From the NCBI RefSeq assembly GCF_009914755.1, contig NC_060927.1: DNA of 64,000 nucleotides. One strand, written 5' to 3'. This document shows, piece after piece, positions 17,001 through 31,289 of this stretch. Position 1 is the stretch's first letter, and every line of letters begins with the position of its first letter. The stretch is from the human T2T-CHM13v2.0 reference genome, Homo sapiens. A program made the position numbers and the translations under genes. The notes under the pieces were generated by a model. It was not told the DNA's origin and made no database searches. It was given only the letters and a program-made list of their open reading frames with translations.

Positions 17001-17880
17001 AGCTGGGACTCCATGTGCATGCCTGCATGCCTGGATAGTTTTTATTTTATTTTTTCTTTGTAGAGACAGGGTCTTGCTATATTGCCTAGGCTGCTCTCGA
17101 ACTCCTGGGCTCAAGTGATTCTCCCACTGAGGCCTCCTTCCAAAGCACTGGACTTATATGCATGAGCCAGCACACACCGCCACTGCCTTATTTCTGATCT
17201 TACAGGAAAAGCTTTCAGTTTTTCATCACTGAATATGTTGTTTGCTGTGGGCTTTTCATATATGGCCCTTATTATGTTGAGATAATTTTCTTCTATTCCT
17301 AGTTTGAGTGTTTTTATCATGAAAGGGCACTGAATTTTGTCAAAGTCTGGTACTGAACTTTTCCTCCATCAACTGGTATGACTGTGTCATTTTTGTCCTT
17401 CAGTCAGTTAATGTGGTGTATCATACTGATTTTCATATGTTGAACCATCCTTGCACCCCAGGCATAAATTCCACTTGGTCATGGTATGTGATCCTTTTAA
17501 TGTGCTATTGGATTTGGTGCACCAGTATTCTGTTGAGGATTTTTGCATCCATTTTCCTCAAGGCTACTGGCCTGTAGTTTTCTTTTCTTATAATGTCTTT
17601 TTCTGGTTTTAGTATCAGAGTAGGGCTGGCCTTGAGTTTGGAACTCTTCCATCTTTTGAAAGAGTCTGAGCAGGACTGGCATCAATTCTTTAAATGTTTG
17701 GTAGAATTCACCAGTGAAGCCAATGATCCTGGGCTTTTCTTTGTTGGGAGATTTTAAATCTCCTTACTACTTATAGGTCTAGTCAGATTTACTATTTCTT
17801 CATGATTCAGTATTGACAGGTTATGTGTTTTAGGAATTTATCCATTTCATCTAGGTTATCCAAGTTGTTGGCATACAAGC
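14030..17880 (-). mobile_element. Nested old L1M fragments (3'UTRs and ORF2), antisense
   Basis: ORF2 remnants on minus strand ([20 protein letters not shown]; LFNIVLE.LARA..QEKE) and two distinct L1M 3'UTRs. Confidence 0.8.
16886..17181 (-). mobile_element. AluJ inserted in L1
   Basis: AluJ diagnostics (GGGCTCAAGCAATC); interrupts L1 ORF2. Confidence 0.9.
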
Positions 17881-18473
17881 CACACATATCCTTTTGTAAT
17901 ACTCTTTTCTCTACAAAAACATATGAAAAGTAAAAACACTGTCTTACAGAAGAAAATATCAGAATATAGGTACATAAATAACTGCTCTAAGAGTTCAGGA
18001 AAGGGAAGATTCATATGAATTGATGTGATTAGTGAAAACTTAACTGAGTTGTGGAGGTTTAAGTTCTATCTGGAAGCACAAATAAGAAACGGCAAGGTAA
18101 AGGGGAGACTAGAAGGTGTTTCCAGGAGAGACCCAACAAAAGCAAATACAGAAAAAGCAGAACTGAATGTTAAATGTGAGGTGGGTTCACTTGCCTGAAG
18201 TAGAGAGTCAGAGATGAAGTTAGTTGGATGGGGAGTTATCAACTAAAAAGGTAAGAATTAATTTGGACAAGTAATTTCACTTTTATACCTTTACTAGCAT
18301 TTATGCAGCAAACACTCAAATATCTGTTAAACCAAATTGAGAGCCTGAAATGCCTAGCTAATTAAGAACTTTTCAGTGCCTCTTAGAGATAATAGGAAGC
18401 CACTGAAGGTTTCTGGGTTGAGAAGTGAAAACAGCAATGATGTTCTGGGAAGTTTACTGAAGTAACTGTATTC

Positions 18474-18700
18474 TAATGGTTCTCATCTGGGGTGAGTTTG
18501 CCACACAAGGGATATTTGGCAATTTCTGAAGACTGTTCTTGGTTGTCACAACTGGGGGGGGGGGGGTGATGTGCTACTGACATCTAGTAAGTAGAGGCCA
18601 CAGATGCTGCTAAACATCCTACAGTGTACAGGACACTCCCCCATCCCCCAACAAATTATCTGGCCCAAAACGTCAATAGTGCCAAGGATGAAAACCTTTG
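18474..18700 (+). mobile_element. MER20 (hAT-Charlie)
   Basis: TGGTTGTCACAACTGGGG...GATGCTGCTAAACATCCTACA...TGGCCCAAAACGTCAATAGTGCCAAGG. Confidence 0.85.
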
Positions 18701-21063
18701 CTGTATTCTAATGAGTTACTCTCATGAGAATTCAAATTAAGTTCAAATATGTTTGGAAAAATGTACACATGAAAAAGGAAACAATCCAAAAGACTAACAG
18801 TAGTGAGAATATGGAAGATTATTTTTATTTTTCCAAAAAGTGTTTTTACAATGATCATGCATTACTTCTATCAAGAGAAAAAATTGACTTAAAAATTCTG
18901 ACTTCATCACTACGCAATCTATACATGTAACAAAACTGCACTTGTATTCCATAAATTTATATAATACACAAGATAACCTTAAAAATAAAAATTCTAATTT
19001 AGTTACTAATTCTAATCAGAGTACCCTCCTGTTTTCTTAAAAAAAAAAATTTCATTTAATTCCCTCAAATATTTACTTAAATGCTGACTACATACCAGGC
19101 TCTGTAATGAGACTTAAGAATATAGTGGTGTACAAAATAGGTAAGTTTCAGGGAGCTTATAGTCTGACGGGAGAAACTAACATTGAGTAAACACACAAAT
19201 ATATCATCAGTGCTCTTAAGGAAAACAGGGGGGTTTAACTTGCAATTAACTTTTTCAGGAATGGCCTCTGTGAGTAAATGACTTTGAAGCGAGATTCAAA
19301 GGATGAGAAATAACCATGTAAATGAAGGAAAGAGACGGGGACTGGAGGCGCAGAGAAAGCATTCTCACAGACAGAGCAGCATGTGTGAAGGGGTGAAGAG
19401 GAGAACACCACTAATGTGTTAGTGGAATTAAAAGAAGATAAATGAATAAGAGTATAAGTAACTAAGGCAGATAGTAGAGTGAGACGGAGAAGTAGACAAG
19501 GACCAAATTTGGTATGGCCTTGAAGTTCTCAGTAAGGAGTATGGAAGCTAAATGTGGTCAGAAGCTAATGAAGCAGGAGAGGTGAGAATTGATTTACTTT
19601 ATTATTATTATTATTTTTTAAAAAACATGCAGGTTATTTTATGAACTGGAGAAAGGCAATAGCAGAAACAAGGTAACCACTCTGGAGATGAGACAATAAT
19701 GCTTTGCCCCAGATTATGACAGTGAGTAGAAAGTTAACAGGAAAGTAAGAACGGAGGTGGACATTAACTAACATAATGTCATATTTACCACCTTGTCTAA
19801 AAGAAACTGCTCTTTCCGGGGGTGCTCCTGAAGAAGCAGTCAAATGATGTTACACTTCTCATGTGATACCCCTATACTCCTCACACCACAGAAGACTGGT
19901 AGTGGGAGTTGGGAAGAAAGCACCTGACTCGGGAAAAGCCAATCCGTAAGCAGGCCAGGAGTAAAAACAATCTGCTTCAGCTTGGGCACAGCTTATTAGC
20001 TCAGTCAGATTATCTCTTAGTAATTTAACATAGAATTACGTAAAGACTAAGACAGTCAGTAGCAAGGGAAAATAAAACTTAGCAGCTGACAGCAGCTGGC
20101 AGAGCAGAACTTTGCAGATCCATGAACACCTACCATCAAGACAATCCTACCTGACATGTCTTGGATAATATGAGAACTGGTCCCTGAACTTCCCTAACAT
20201 CCCTACTTGACCTAGTCTGAATAAGGATATGTTCCTTGCATTCTTAAAAGCCTAGTTCAAAACAAGTCCCCACTAGGATAGGATTTTAATTCTACAGATG
20301 CAGAAATGGAGGCTGAAAAAAATTATTAAACTTACCTAATGGCAAATAACGAAAGAGATGCAATCCTAGGTGTTCCCACATTAAAAATTAAGCTTTTGCA
20401 TAAATCTCAAGGAGATATCAGATACAAAACATTTAGGCTTTTCTTCCTCTTCAAACTTAAGGTGTAATACTCATTGTAAATTTGAGTTTAAGAAAGAAAC
20501 ATAAGGAATCTAGCTCAGACTGATTGAATTTACCCACAGAGCCAGCTTAAGGCTGACTGAGAGATCTTACAGATCTGGACCTATTAGAATGTAAACTTCA
20601 TAAGAATAGGAACTCAGCCTGCATTATGTAGAACCTCCAATACAGATGCTGAATAAATATTTGCTTAACAAATGAATTCAATACAGGGAAGGGTAGAAGG
20701 GAAAGTCAGTGAAAAAGAGCTGCTTAGAGTTCAACTGTGACCCCCAAATACTGGAAAGTTGTCACAACTCCCACTCATCTCTTACGTTTTCTATTGTTGT
20801 TTTTAATATTAATGTAACAGCTTTGAGATATAATTTACATACCATATAGTTCACCCATTTAAAGTATACAATTCAGTTATTTTAGTACATTCACAAAGTT
20901 GTGCATTGAACACCACTATCTAACTCCAGATGACTTTCAACATCACAAAAATCAGCCCCATACCCACTAGCAATCATTCCCCCTTTTCCCTCTGTCCCAA
21001 CCCCTGGCAACCACTAATTTATTTTCTGTCTCTATGGACTTGCCTATCCTGGACATTTCATAT

Positions 21064-21903
21064 TGTGATACTGTGAAATATTTGGTCTTCATCCCATTTC
21101 CAGACATACAACTTCTAAAATCCTTAAAATCTATGCAGTGATGAGTGTCTTTTGAAGGCTAATGAGATGACTGGTGACTCGGGGGGGCCCTAGATAGTTT
21201 CAGGATGAGGGCTGATCACTGGAAAGACCAAGACATGACTAGAGAATTGGCACTTTCAGCCCCACCCTCCAACCTCTGGGGAGGGAAAAGGGGCTGAAGG
21301 TTAAGCTGATCACCAATTGTTAATGATTTAATCAATCATGCCTACATTATGAAGTTTCCATAAAAACTCAAAATGGGTTCTGAGAGCTTCTGGATAGCAG
21401 AACACATGCTGGTGCCTAGACAGCATGGAAACTCAGTGCCCCTTCCCGCATACCACATCTGGCTGTTCATCTGTATCCTTTGTAATATAGTTTATTTTAA
21501 AAAATCAGCAAACATAAGGAGAGTGCTTCCCTGAGTTCTGTGAGCCATTCCAGCAAGCTAATTGAACCCAAGGAGCAGGTAGTGCGAACTCTATGTATAG
21601 CCAGTCAGTCAGAGGCAGAAGACATAACCTGTGCTTGTGATTCCATCTGAAGTGGGGGACACTCCCATGGGACTGAGCTCTCAACCTGAAATCTGATGTT
21701 ATCTCCAGGTAGACAGTGTCAGAATTAAATTGAATCAGTGGATACCCAGCAGGCGTCCGTTGCAGAACTGACTGCTTAGCTGGTGTGTGGGGAAAAACCC
21801 CCACACATCTGGTGTCAGAAGTATTGTGTTGAGTGACTGTATGAAAGGACAGTGTAGGAAAAAGAGTTTTTAGTTTTATTTATTTATTTACTATATCCTC
21901 TCA
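21064..21903. mobile_element. MER21-like solo LTR inserted in an antisense L1MB 3' end
   Basis: TG...CA ends; MER21 motifs (GGAAAGACCAAG.CATGA.TAGAG, TCAATCATGCCTA); L1 sequence resumes afterwards. Confidence 0.7.
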
Positions 21904-22001
21904 AATATAACTGGAATTATAGAGTGTGATCTTTTGTGACTAACTTCTTTCAGGCAGTATAATGTTTTCAAGGTTCATCCATACCGTTGCATGTGTCAGT
22001 A

Positions 22002-22748
<747 letters not shown>

Positions 22749-23132
22749 AAGTTGTTTCCCTCTTTTGGCTGTTATGGATAATGCTGCTATGAACACTCAT
22801 TTACAAGTTTTTGTGCAGACATTATGTTTGCAATTCTCCTGGATTTATATCTAATTAGTAGAACTGCTGGGTCACATGTTAACTGTTTAACTTTTTGAGG
22901 AACTGCCAAACTGCATTCCAAAGCAGCCGTACCATTTTACATTCCCATCAGGCATGTATGAGGGTTCCACTTTCTCCACATCCTCACCAACACCTGTTAT
23001 TTTCTTTTTATATACTGCCATCCTAGTGGGTGTAAAGTGGTATCTCATCATGCTTTAGAGCTGTGTTTCCCTAATGACTAATGAGGCGGATCCTATTTTT
23101 TATTTGTTTATTGGTCTTAATTAAACTTTTCA

Positions 23133-23356
23133 TCATTGAGTATCCCTTATGTGAAATGCTTGGGAACACAAGTGTTTCAGATTTTGGATTTTTTTGGATT
23201 TTAGAATGTTTGCATAATACTTAGAGACTGAGCATCCCTAATCCAAAATCTGGTATGCTCCAATGAGTGTTTCCTTTAAGCATCACGTAGGTGCTTAAAG
23301 TTTCAGATTTTGGAGCATTGTGGATTTCAGATTTTTGGATTTGGACGCTCAACCTG
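23133..23356 (+). mobile_element. Tigger4a/MER46-like MITE
   Basis: TTGAGTATCCCTTAT...GCTCAACCTG|TA terminal repeats. Confidence 0.8.
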
Positions 23357-23552
23357 TACTGTCATTGTTTTAAAGCTGGAGAATAAAAAGGGAATTGGGA
23401 AAAATTATTCACAACATTAAGAGAAAAAACGTGAACAAATTTAAGGTGTCTGAAACAGCTGATCAACAATGAACCCAATTCTATAGATATATCTGTAGTA
23501 AAATGAACATCTCCACATAATATTCAAAAGTGAAATAAGGAACCAAACCTAC

Positions 23553-23667
23553 CCTAAATAGGTAGGACTATAGGTGTGTGCCACCACACCCAGCTAAATT
23601 TTTTATTTTTTGTAGAGATGAGGTCTCACTATACTGCCTAGGATGGTCTCAAACTCCCGGCCTCAAG
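23553..23667 (-). repeat. Internal Alu fragment (local copy of the AluJ at 24295-24595)
   Basis: No Alu head or tail; flanked by AAGGAACCAAA direct repeat; shares private mutations with the neighbouring Alu. Confidence 0.85.
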
Positions 23668-24294
23668 GAACCAAATCCTCTGCACTATTTTAAAAAGAGC
23701 TGGAGAATATTTGGGTTTCACACCTACTAAAGAACAAGGAGTGATGTTAACAATTATTTGAAAACCTTAAGGTATTATCTTGCTTGTTTTTCTGGACCAG
23801 TAACAGCTTAAAGTGGCTAAAAAGCCAGTGTGAAGAGGAAGAACAGGTGGCAAACAGGACAGGGCCATTTAATACAACCAAGCAGAGACCACTTAACATA
23901 GGTCTTTCGGGATAAAACTACTCAACTAAATAAATTTATGTAACACTTACCTCAAGGGTCCAGAAAGACATACTTTAAAAAACATAAAGAGTAGATATGT
24001 GCAAACTAAAGTTTTTATTAAAGAACAGGACACTGAGATAGACTATGATTTACCTTCTAATATTAGACAATATGTCCATCACTGAACTAGTAAAAAACAT
24101 ACTATCTTAGGATTCCGACTTTTGTTAGTAAAAAAATTCATGAAATTCCATGTTTGTCAAAATACATCATTAGTTAAAATCTAATTTACATTAAGTTTAA
24201 AGTAAATAAAAATTTAGGGAAAAAATGACAGGTGACTAAATTTTGTCCGAATAGTAAATAAACAGTAATAGAAAATAAGTCAGCATTTAAAAAT

Positions 24295-24595
<301 letters not shown>

Positions 24596-25261
24596 AAAGT
24601 TTAGCATCTTTAATAATCAACTTAATCTTGTATTACCAACAAATATCTATGACCTTAAATCATTTTCATTCTGGGTACTAAATAGTGTGAATTATAGTTG
24701 TTTTCTGATTATATTTACAATGTTTTGAGAAAACAGTGACAAAATCTACATAAAGCATTTAGTAACCCACTTAAAACATAGGATTAAAGAAATGAAGTCA
24801 TAAACTAGTATGTATGTGACAATTTGGCTGAAGTATGTGGGAGAAAGTAGGTTTTCAGGTGACTGTTAAATAAGGGGAATAAGAAGCCTTCCCAAATTTG
24901 TATGATGTGGTTTGGATTATGGCACACAGAGGTACAAGAGGAATTTTGTAAGCAAAATGTTATTCTGATATGGAACATAGGGGTTTACTTGGATGCAATG
25001 TATGACTATGTAAGTTGGCAGAAATAGTAAGAGGTTCCATTTACTCTGCATGTACTTTATGCTAGGCATTGTTAAACATTTCAAAGGCTTAGACATAATT
25101 AAGTTAGCCTCCATAATTACTAAGTGGAGAAACCAGAGTTCAAACCCAGACCTAAGTGACTCTACAGTCCATGTCTTTTAACCCCTATACTATAAGGTCC
25201 TTTAAGAGCCTGTATTAATTAAAAGTGACACTCATGTGCAAAAGAAGCAATGGTAAACTAA

Positions 25262-26520
25262 AAGAGTGGCACTCAAAGCATGGTCCACGGGCCCCTATGT
25301 GGGTCCTGAGACCTTTACAGAGAGTACACAGGGTCAAAACTATTTTCCTAATGATAATACTAATACTTTTTTAAAAAAAAAAATTGTATTAACACTTGAA
25401 TTGATGCCATAGGGGTAAGACTGCTGGTGCTTTAGAATGAATTAAGGTAATGACATCAAGATGCAATAGTTGTCACTGATTTCACATCTAAAATTTGTTT
25501 AAAAGTCAGCTCACTTAAGAATTCCTTGAGGAAACAGTAAAAAATGATTACTTTTATTAAATATTGGCCTTTTCTAATTGTGTGAAAAAAATGAAGATTA
25601 CATATAAGCCACTTCTGCTGCATACCAACTTCTACTTAAGGACGACTGTCTCAAGGAAAAAGTACTTGTGCAACTGAGTTGTGAACTGACCTAGCCACTT
25701 TTTTCATGGAACACTATTTTTACTTGAAAAAACGACTGACAGACAAATTATGGTTATTCAGACTTAATGGTTGGAAGATGTTTTCACAAAAATGAGCAAA
25801 GTGAGTCTATGGCTTCAACGATAACCATTTATAGCATTTATTGCTAATGATAAAATTTCAGCTTCCTCTGAACTTGTCCCAGAGGCATGGTAAAAAAAGA
25901 AAAAAAAATTGAGCTTCCCAGAGAAAGTTAGAATTTTAGAAAACTTGTATCCACTTCTGTGAACCTGACAGATTCTCAATACTTAAGATTTTTCTGAATT
26001 GTGTGGTTAACAATCATGAATTTTTTATTGAATAAAATATGTTAGCATTTGGAAGACGTGCATAACTCAGTGACATAATGTTTTCCAAATAATCCAATGC
26101 ATGGTATTACAAAAAGCATCAGTAAAAGATGGGTAAATGTTACATCTGAAGTGCAAGACAGACCAATAGATTTTAATGTAACAGTGTAAGAAAAGTTCAC
26201 TCATGTGGCTTCAGATTCTACATTGCAACTATCTTTAAGAAACTACCTCTTGCAGAATTACGGTGTAGTATCACTTAATCTCCATAATTATCCTGAAAAG
26301 CCTATGAAAACATAACATACTTTCCTTTTTCAACTGTCTGTCTGTGTGAAGGTGGACATTCTTCACACACTTCGACCAAAACAGTGTATCACAAAAGACT
26401 GAATGCAGAAACAGATGAGAATTCAGCTGTCTTAAGCCAAACATTAAGACCCGAAAAAAAGGTTCAACATGGCCATTCTTCTCATTATGTATTTTTGGTT
26501 TTGAAAAATGTCCTTATTTT
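25262..26520 (+). mobile_element. Charlie1a-like hAT DNA transposon remnant
   Basis: CTCAAAGCATGGTCCACGGGCCCCT terminus; decayed transposase-like stretch (CTTCTGCTGCATACC, TGGTTATTCAGACTT). Confidence 0.7.
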
Positions 26521-28749
26521 ATAGATATCAATATACAGTTCTCATATTAACCACAGAAAAAGGAAGAACTCCAACCCTGTCTTTTACCAAACCTAAATGA
26601 AAAGCACAGAAAACAAACTGTGTTTTCTAGTGTTTGAAAGTCTACAAGTGACCCACAATTTCCAAAAACCCTCTGAGAAAAAAAGAAAACATTTACTGAA
26701 TACCTATTATACCCCGTGGACTATGCTCAGTGCTTTCACATAGAACCTTTTCATCAAATTTGAGACTGGCATTAAGGCTGAAAGAAGTCAAATGGAGGAA
26801 ATATGGTAAAGTACAAAAAGAACAGACTCTGACACACCTGAATTAAAATCATTCCCTTAAATGTTATCTTATTAAATCAAAAGCACAAGAGTTTCTTCTT
26901 TAAAATTTCTTCTTTAAAATAAATTCAATATGTATAAGATTGAGAGAAATGTGAATACAGTTAAAAGCATATACAGTAGGTGCTCAGAAAGTTCCCTTCA
27001 GTCATATTCCTCTTTTCTGTTCCAAAACTAAATCAGCGAGTAAGTACCAAAATCAGAGATCAAGGTTAAATCTGATGACATGCTCTTGTTTCATTCATCA
27101 TTATAGGCCTCAAATAGATGAATGCTACTCCAGAAAACATTTAAAAATATTTTAAGGACCCACAACCACTATCAGGTATTAGAAATCAATGTTTAAAAAC
27201 TACCTTTGCATTTTTTTTTCTAAAGTAGCTTCATTCTTTGAAATCTAAATCACTCCTACAATTCTTCCCAATCTTGTACATTCATTTGACATACTTAGTG
27301 ACTACGAAAAATAAGGGCATCTTGGTATCTCCAGGAAAACTATCAATGAAGCAATTCTCAAACTGGCTACCTTGTAAACCAGGAAAGTTGGCAAGAAGTA
27401 CAGAAACAGTCATTTAATTCCTAACTATATTTCTATCAGATATTTCATATTGTCACATGCTTGGACTATTATGTGAAAAATTAGACAGTAGTTATTTTAA
27501 GTATAGTAAATATGTTCCAAGATTTGTGGTGAGAGAGATCAGTCTCTAAAAGTTAACAAGACTTAATACCTTAACAATGCTTTTCACTCTGTACACTTTA
27601 ACAAATCACTGAGGCTCTTTCAAAACAACAAAACAGCTGATCAATTTATTAAACTCTTGCCAACCAAGCACCTTTTTTTAAAGTTCAAGCTGACTTCATA
27701 TTTTATGTTTGTGTGGATAATCACAAGTTTCTAATTATGTAGCATTTTAATATTCTTTTATATTTAGGGTAAGTTGTTTTCTTAAAGTTGTGTTTTTAAA
27801 AGATCTAGTTATATTTTATGCTCTATTTGAACCTAGACACTCAGAACTTTCATAAAAAGTATGCAGGTTTATTAGGAAATCTACAAGAAAATTCCCCTCT
27901 ACTTTAAAAAACATAAATTATATGAGCTTAATTTACTTTATCCTGACAAGTTTTTTATTTCAAGTTTGGTCACTACCCATTTCCTGTGTTGCACTGTATA
28001 TACCCTCTTTTCTATGGTTACTATTCTCAAACTAAGACTGGGGATCTTCTACAACACTGTAAGAAGCAGCCACGCCATGGTGAATATCATCTGATAGTTC
28101 CTGATAATTATTTTAAATGGATACTGAACATATGCCTTCTTTGGTGCGTTTGTGTTTCAAGAAACTTAACATGACCACATTTTAGAGGAGTCAGAATGGT
28201 AGAGAGAGGTAGGAACAAATATCAGATTGAAATCTATGAATAACTTTCAACTCTAACACTCAGAAATTACAACTTTAAAAGGATCACTAATTTGGTGTGC
28301 CTAAACTGCCCTTCAATGAGCAGCTACATGTCTCTGTATTAAAACCTTTCCCTATTACTTGTTCAATGTAACAAGTTATACAAGCAGAGAGAAAAAACAG
28401 CCACTGAAAATAAGGGAGTAAGAGAATCAATTATACTGAATCTTGTTAAATCCCTTCCCTCCCCCAAAAAGAAAAGCTGAAGGTGATAAAACGCTCAGAG
28501 AATTGCCAGGCATCTTCCTAACATTACCTATTAATCTTCACAACACTCATGAAGCAGATGTCAAGTACCTCTAGTTTTACAGATGAAAGAACCATAAGAC
28601 TAAGCGATTTTCCCCAAGGTCATACACAAAGTTAGAGATCAAATTAAACTAAACTCTAGGACTCTGTATTCTTCATCATTTCTAATCAAATAAACTGTTA
28701 GATCATAATATGCTACAATTACCTCTCCCTAAATGCTATACTCTGTACA

Positions 28750-28950
28750 TGGGCTGTTCCAATAAGGTAGCCACTAACCACATGTGGCTATTAAGCACTT
28801 GAAATGCAGCTAGTCCAAGTGGAGGTATGCCATAACCGTAAAATACAAACTGGATTTTGAACGTATGAAAGGAATAATATGAAACGTCTCAATTATTTTA
28901 CACAAATTAGATGTTGCATGGTATTTTGGATATACTGGATTAAGTTAAAT
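28750..28950. mobile_element. MER3/MER33-like hAT MITE
   Basis: GTAGCCACTAACCACATGTGGCTATTAAGCACTTGAAATG motif. Confidence 0.75.
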
Positions 28951-29574
28951 TCACTGGTCCATACTTCTTTCTGAAGACTTCCCATGAAATAGATGTCATC
29001 ATAAGATCCAAATCAAAAAGCAATTATTTTCTCAGAATTTGCTGTATTCTACAGACATTATGTAACACAATGTAGTAACCATATCTAAAGGGTGATTAAG
29101 TGTTTAGAGAGATACAGCATATATGTAAGTAGGCTGATAAGTGCTTAGAGAGATAGACCAGATATGTAAGTAACAAATACACAAAGTAGACCACTGTACT
29201 GTTCTCTAAATATAAAAAAGAATGTTTCTATCTCATTACAAGCATATGTGATTTTGAGTAAGTCACAGTGTGGACAAAGTATGACTTTCTATTAGAATCA
29301 TATGTTATTTCCTTAGGTGGAAGTGAAAATATTCCTACCCCTAATGTATGCACAAGGATATCAAAGTCATCAGAGGACAACCATAAGGCACTATGAATTT
29401 CTAAACAAAACAAAACAAAAAAACCTGGCTAATGTCAATATATACTTATTTTTTAAAAGTCACACATCACAATATTCTTCTAATACAGCCTCAGGACTTA
29501 ATCTGATTTTGACTAAAGTGCCAAAAGATATGAGGTAGGAGGAAACATCAATTTAAAAAATAAGGATAACTTCA

Positions 29575-30150
29575 GAAAGTCTGGCAATTCCACCAAAGGT
29601 TCAAAGTAAGTTTCCATATGATCTAGCAATTCTATTCCTAGGTATATAGCCAAGAGAAATAAAACATACATCCACACAAAAATGTTCTTAGTAGTATTAT
29701 GTAAAATAGCTAAAAAAGTGGAAACAATGAAAATGTTCATTAACTGAAGAAGGGATAAATAAAATGTGGTATATCCATGAGCTGGAGGATCATTGGATCA
29801 TTCGGCCATAAGGATCATTCGGCCATGAAACATTGATACATTCTTGTTACAACACGGATAAACCTTGAAAACATTACACTATGTGAAAGAAGCCAGTTAA
29901 AAAAGAGCACAAATTGTACAATTCCATTTATATGGGATGTCCAGGATAGGCAAATCTAAGAAGACAAAAACTGGTTGCCTGGGGCTGGGGTAGTTGGGAA
30001 TTGGAGAGTGACTGTTAATGAGTACAGGTTTCTTTTTGGGGCCGTGAAAATGTTCTAAGATGGACTGTGGTGATGGTTGCAAAACTGCGAATACACTAAA
30101 AGCCACTTTAAGTGGGTGAATTGTATGGCATGCGAATTACATCTCAATGA
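29575..30150 (+). mobile_element. L1M (MB/MC-type) 3' end
   Basis: CCATATGATCTAGCAATTCTATTCCTAGGTATATA...GTGAATTGTATGGCATGCGAATTACATCTCAAT. Confidence 0.8.
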
Positions 30151-31289
30151 AGCTGCCAGAAAAATGAAGCCAGAAATGTAGAGGAAAAAAGGGTTATAGG
30201 GATCTGTCAAGCACCTAATTGCTATTTTTCTGGATTCTGTAATTTTGTGGTACTTACCAGTTTTTAAGTTTTATCATTTGTGATTTTTTCTCATTCTAAG
30301 TATTCATATTAGTAAAAAACATTTTCACCACATTCTTTCATAAACAAGTAAATTTACTGAAAAATCATTGTTATTTAAGAAGCTCATTTTTATGGCATGC
30401 AAATTATCTCAATAAAGATGTGACATCTTTGCATTAAAAAAAGGGATCACAATGGTAATATGTTAACCTTAAAAGAACCACAGAATTAACATCCCTGGAC
30501 ACTTAGTCGTCCCTCAAATTATGAAACCCACTAAAACGCTTGAACTACTTTAAAGATAATATTAACAGCTTTGTAAAAAGCCCAAAAAATATCTCAGTCA
30601 AGCAGACTCTCAAGTTCAGAAATGCCATGGGAAGTTGAAGATTTCATTATGAAAACGTACCGAGAACAACATAAAAAATACTGCTTGACCACTTTCCCTA
30701 AAAGCTAAACTCGTGATTAAGATGCAGAAGGGAAGTATTAAATCTATTTATCTAAACTCTTAAAAGCTGAAGGGAAGAAGTCTTCTATCAAAAATCTCAG
30801 TGGGGTGTGTGGGTATGCGTGTGTGCATGTGTGTATTTAACCCATACACCTTATGTAGACAATCTCGGGAGCAGCTGTATCTAAGACAATGAAGCTTTTT
30901 TTTTCCTTTTTAAATAATCAAACGTGATGGTGCCATTCCCTAGCCCACCCCATCCCCCACTACCACCACCAGCAGGTGGAGGGAAAGGATACTGTAGACT
31001 AGAGGATGACAGCTTTGTATAACCCTTTAGACTTTATATGTAAGAATGCAGCTGGTGGTCTCCTCTCAGGAGGGGGTAAAGAGATTTGTGGACAAGCTGA
31101 AATAAGGGGTATCCTTTGCCTGGAAGAGGGCACACCGTGAGCCACATCTTGAATCAGCTATATCCAGAGTAAAACACAGGCCGCTGGAAGGCACTGTTAG
31201 GATCACCAGGATGGCCTCTCACGCCGGGGGTGTTTTTTTCAACGGAGAAGTTGTCCTGTAGTTTGGATATTGGGGGGAGGCAGGGGTAA

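Noticed and set aside
18554-18566. Poly-G run as a special G-quadruplex element
   Set aside because: Expansion of the G-tract normally present in MER20; no other support.
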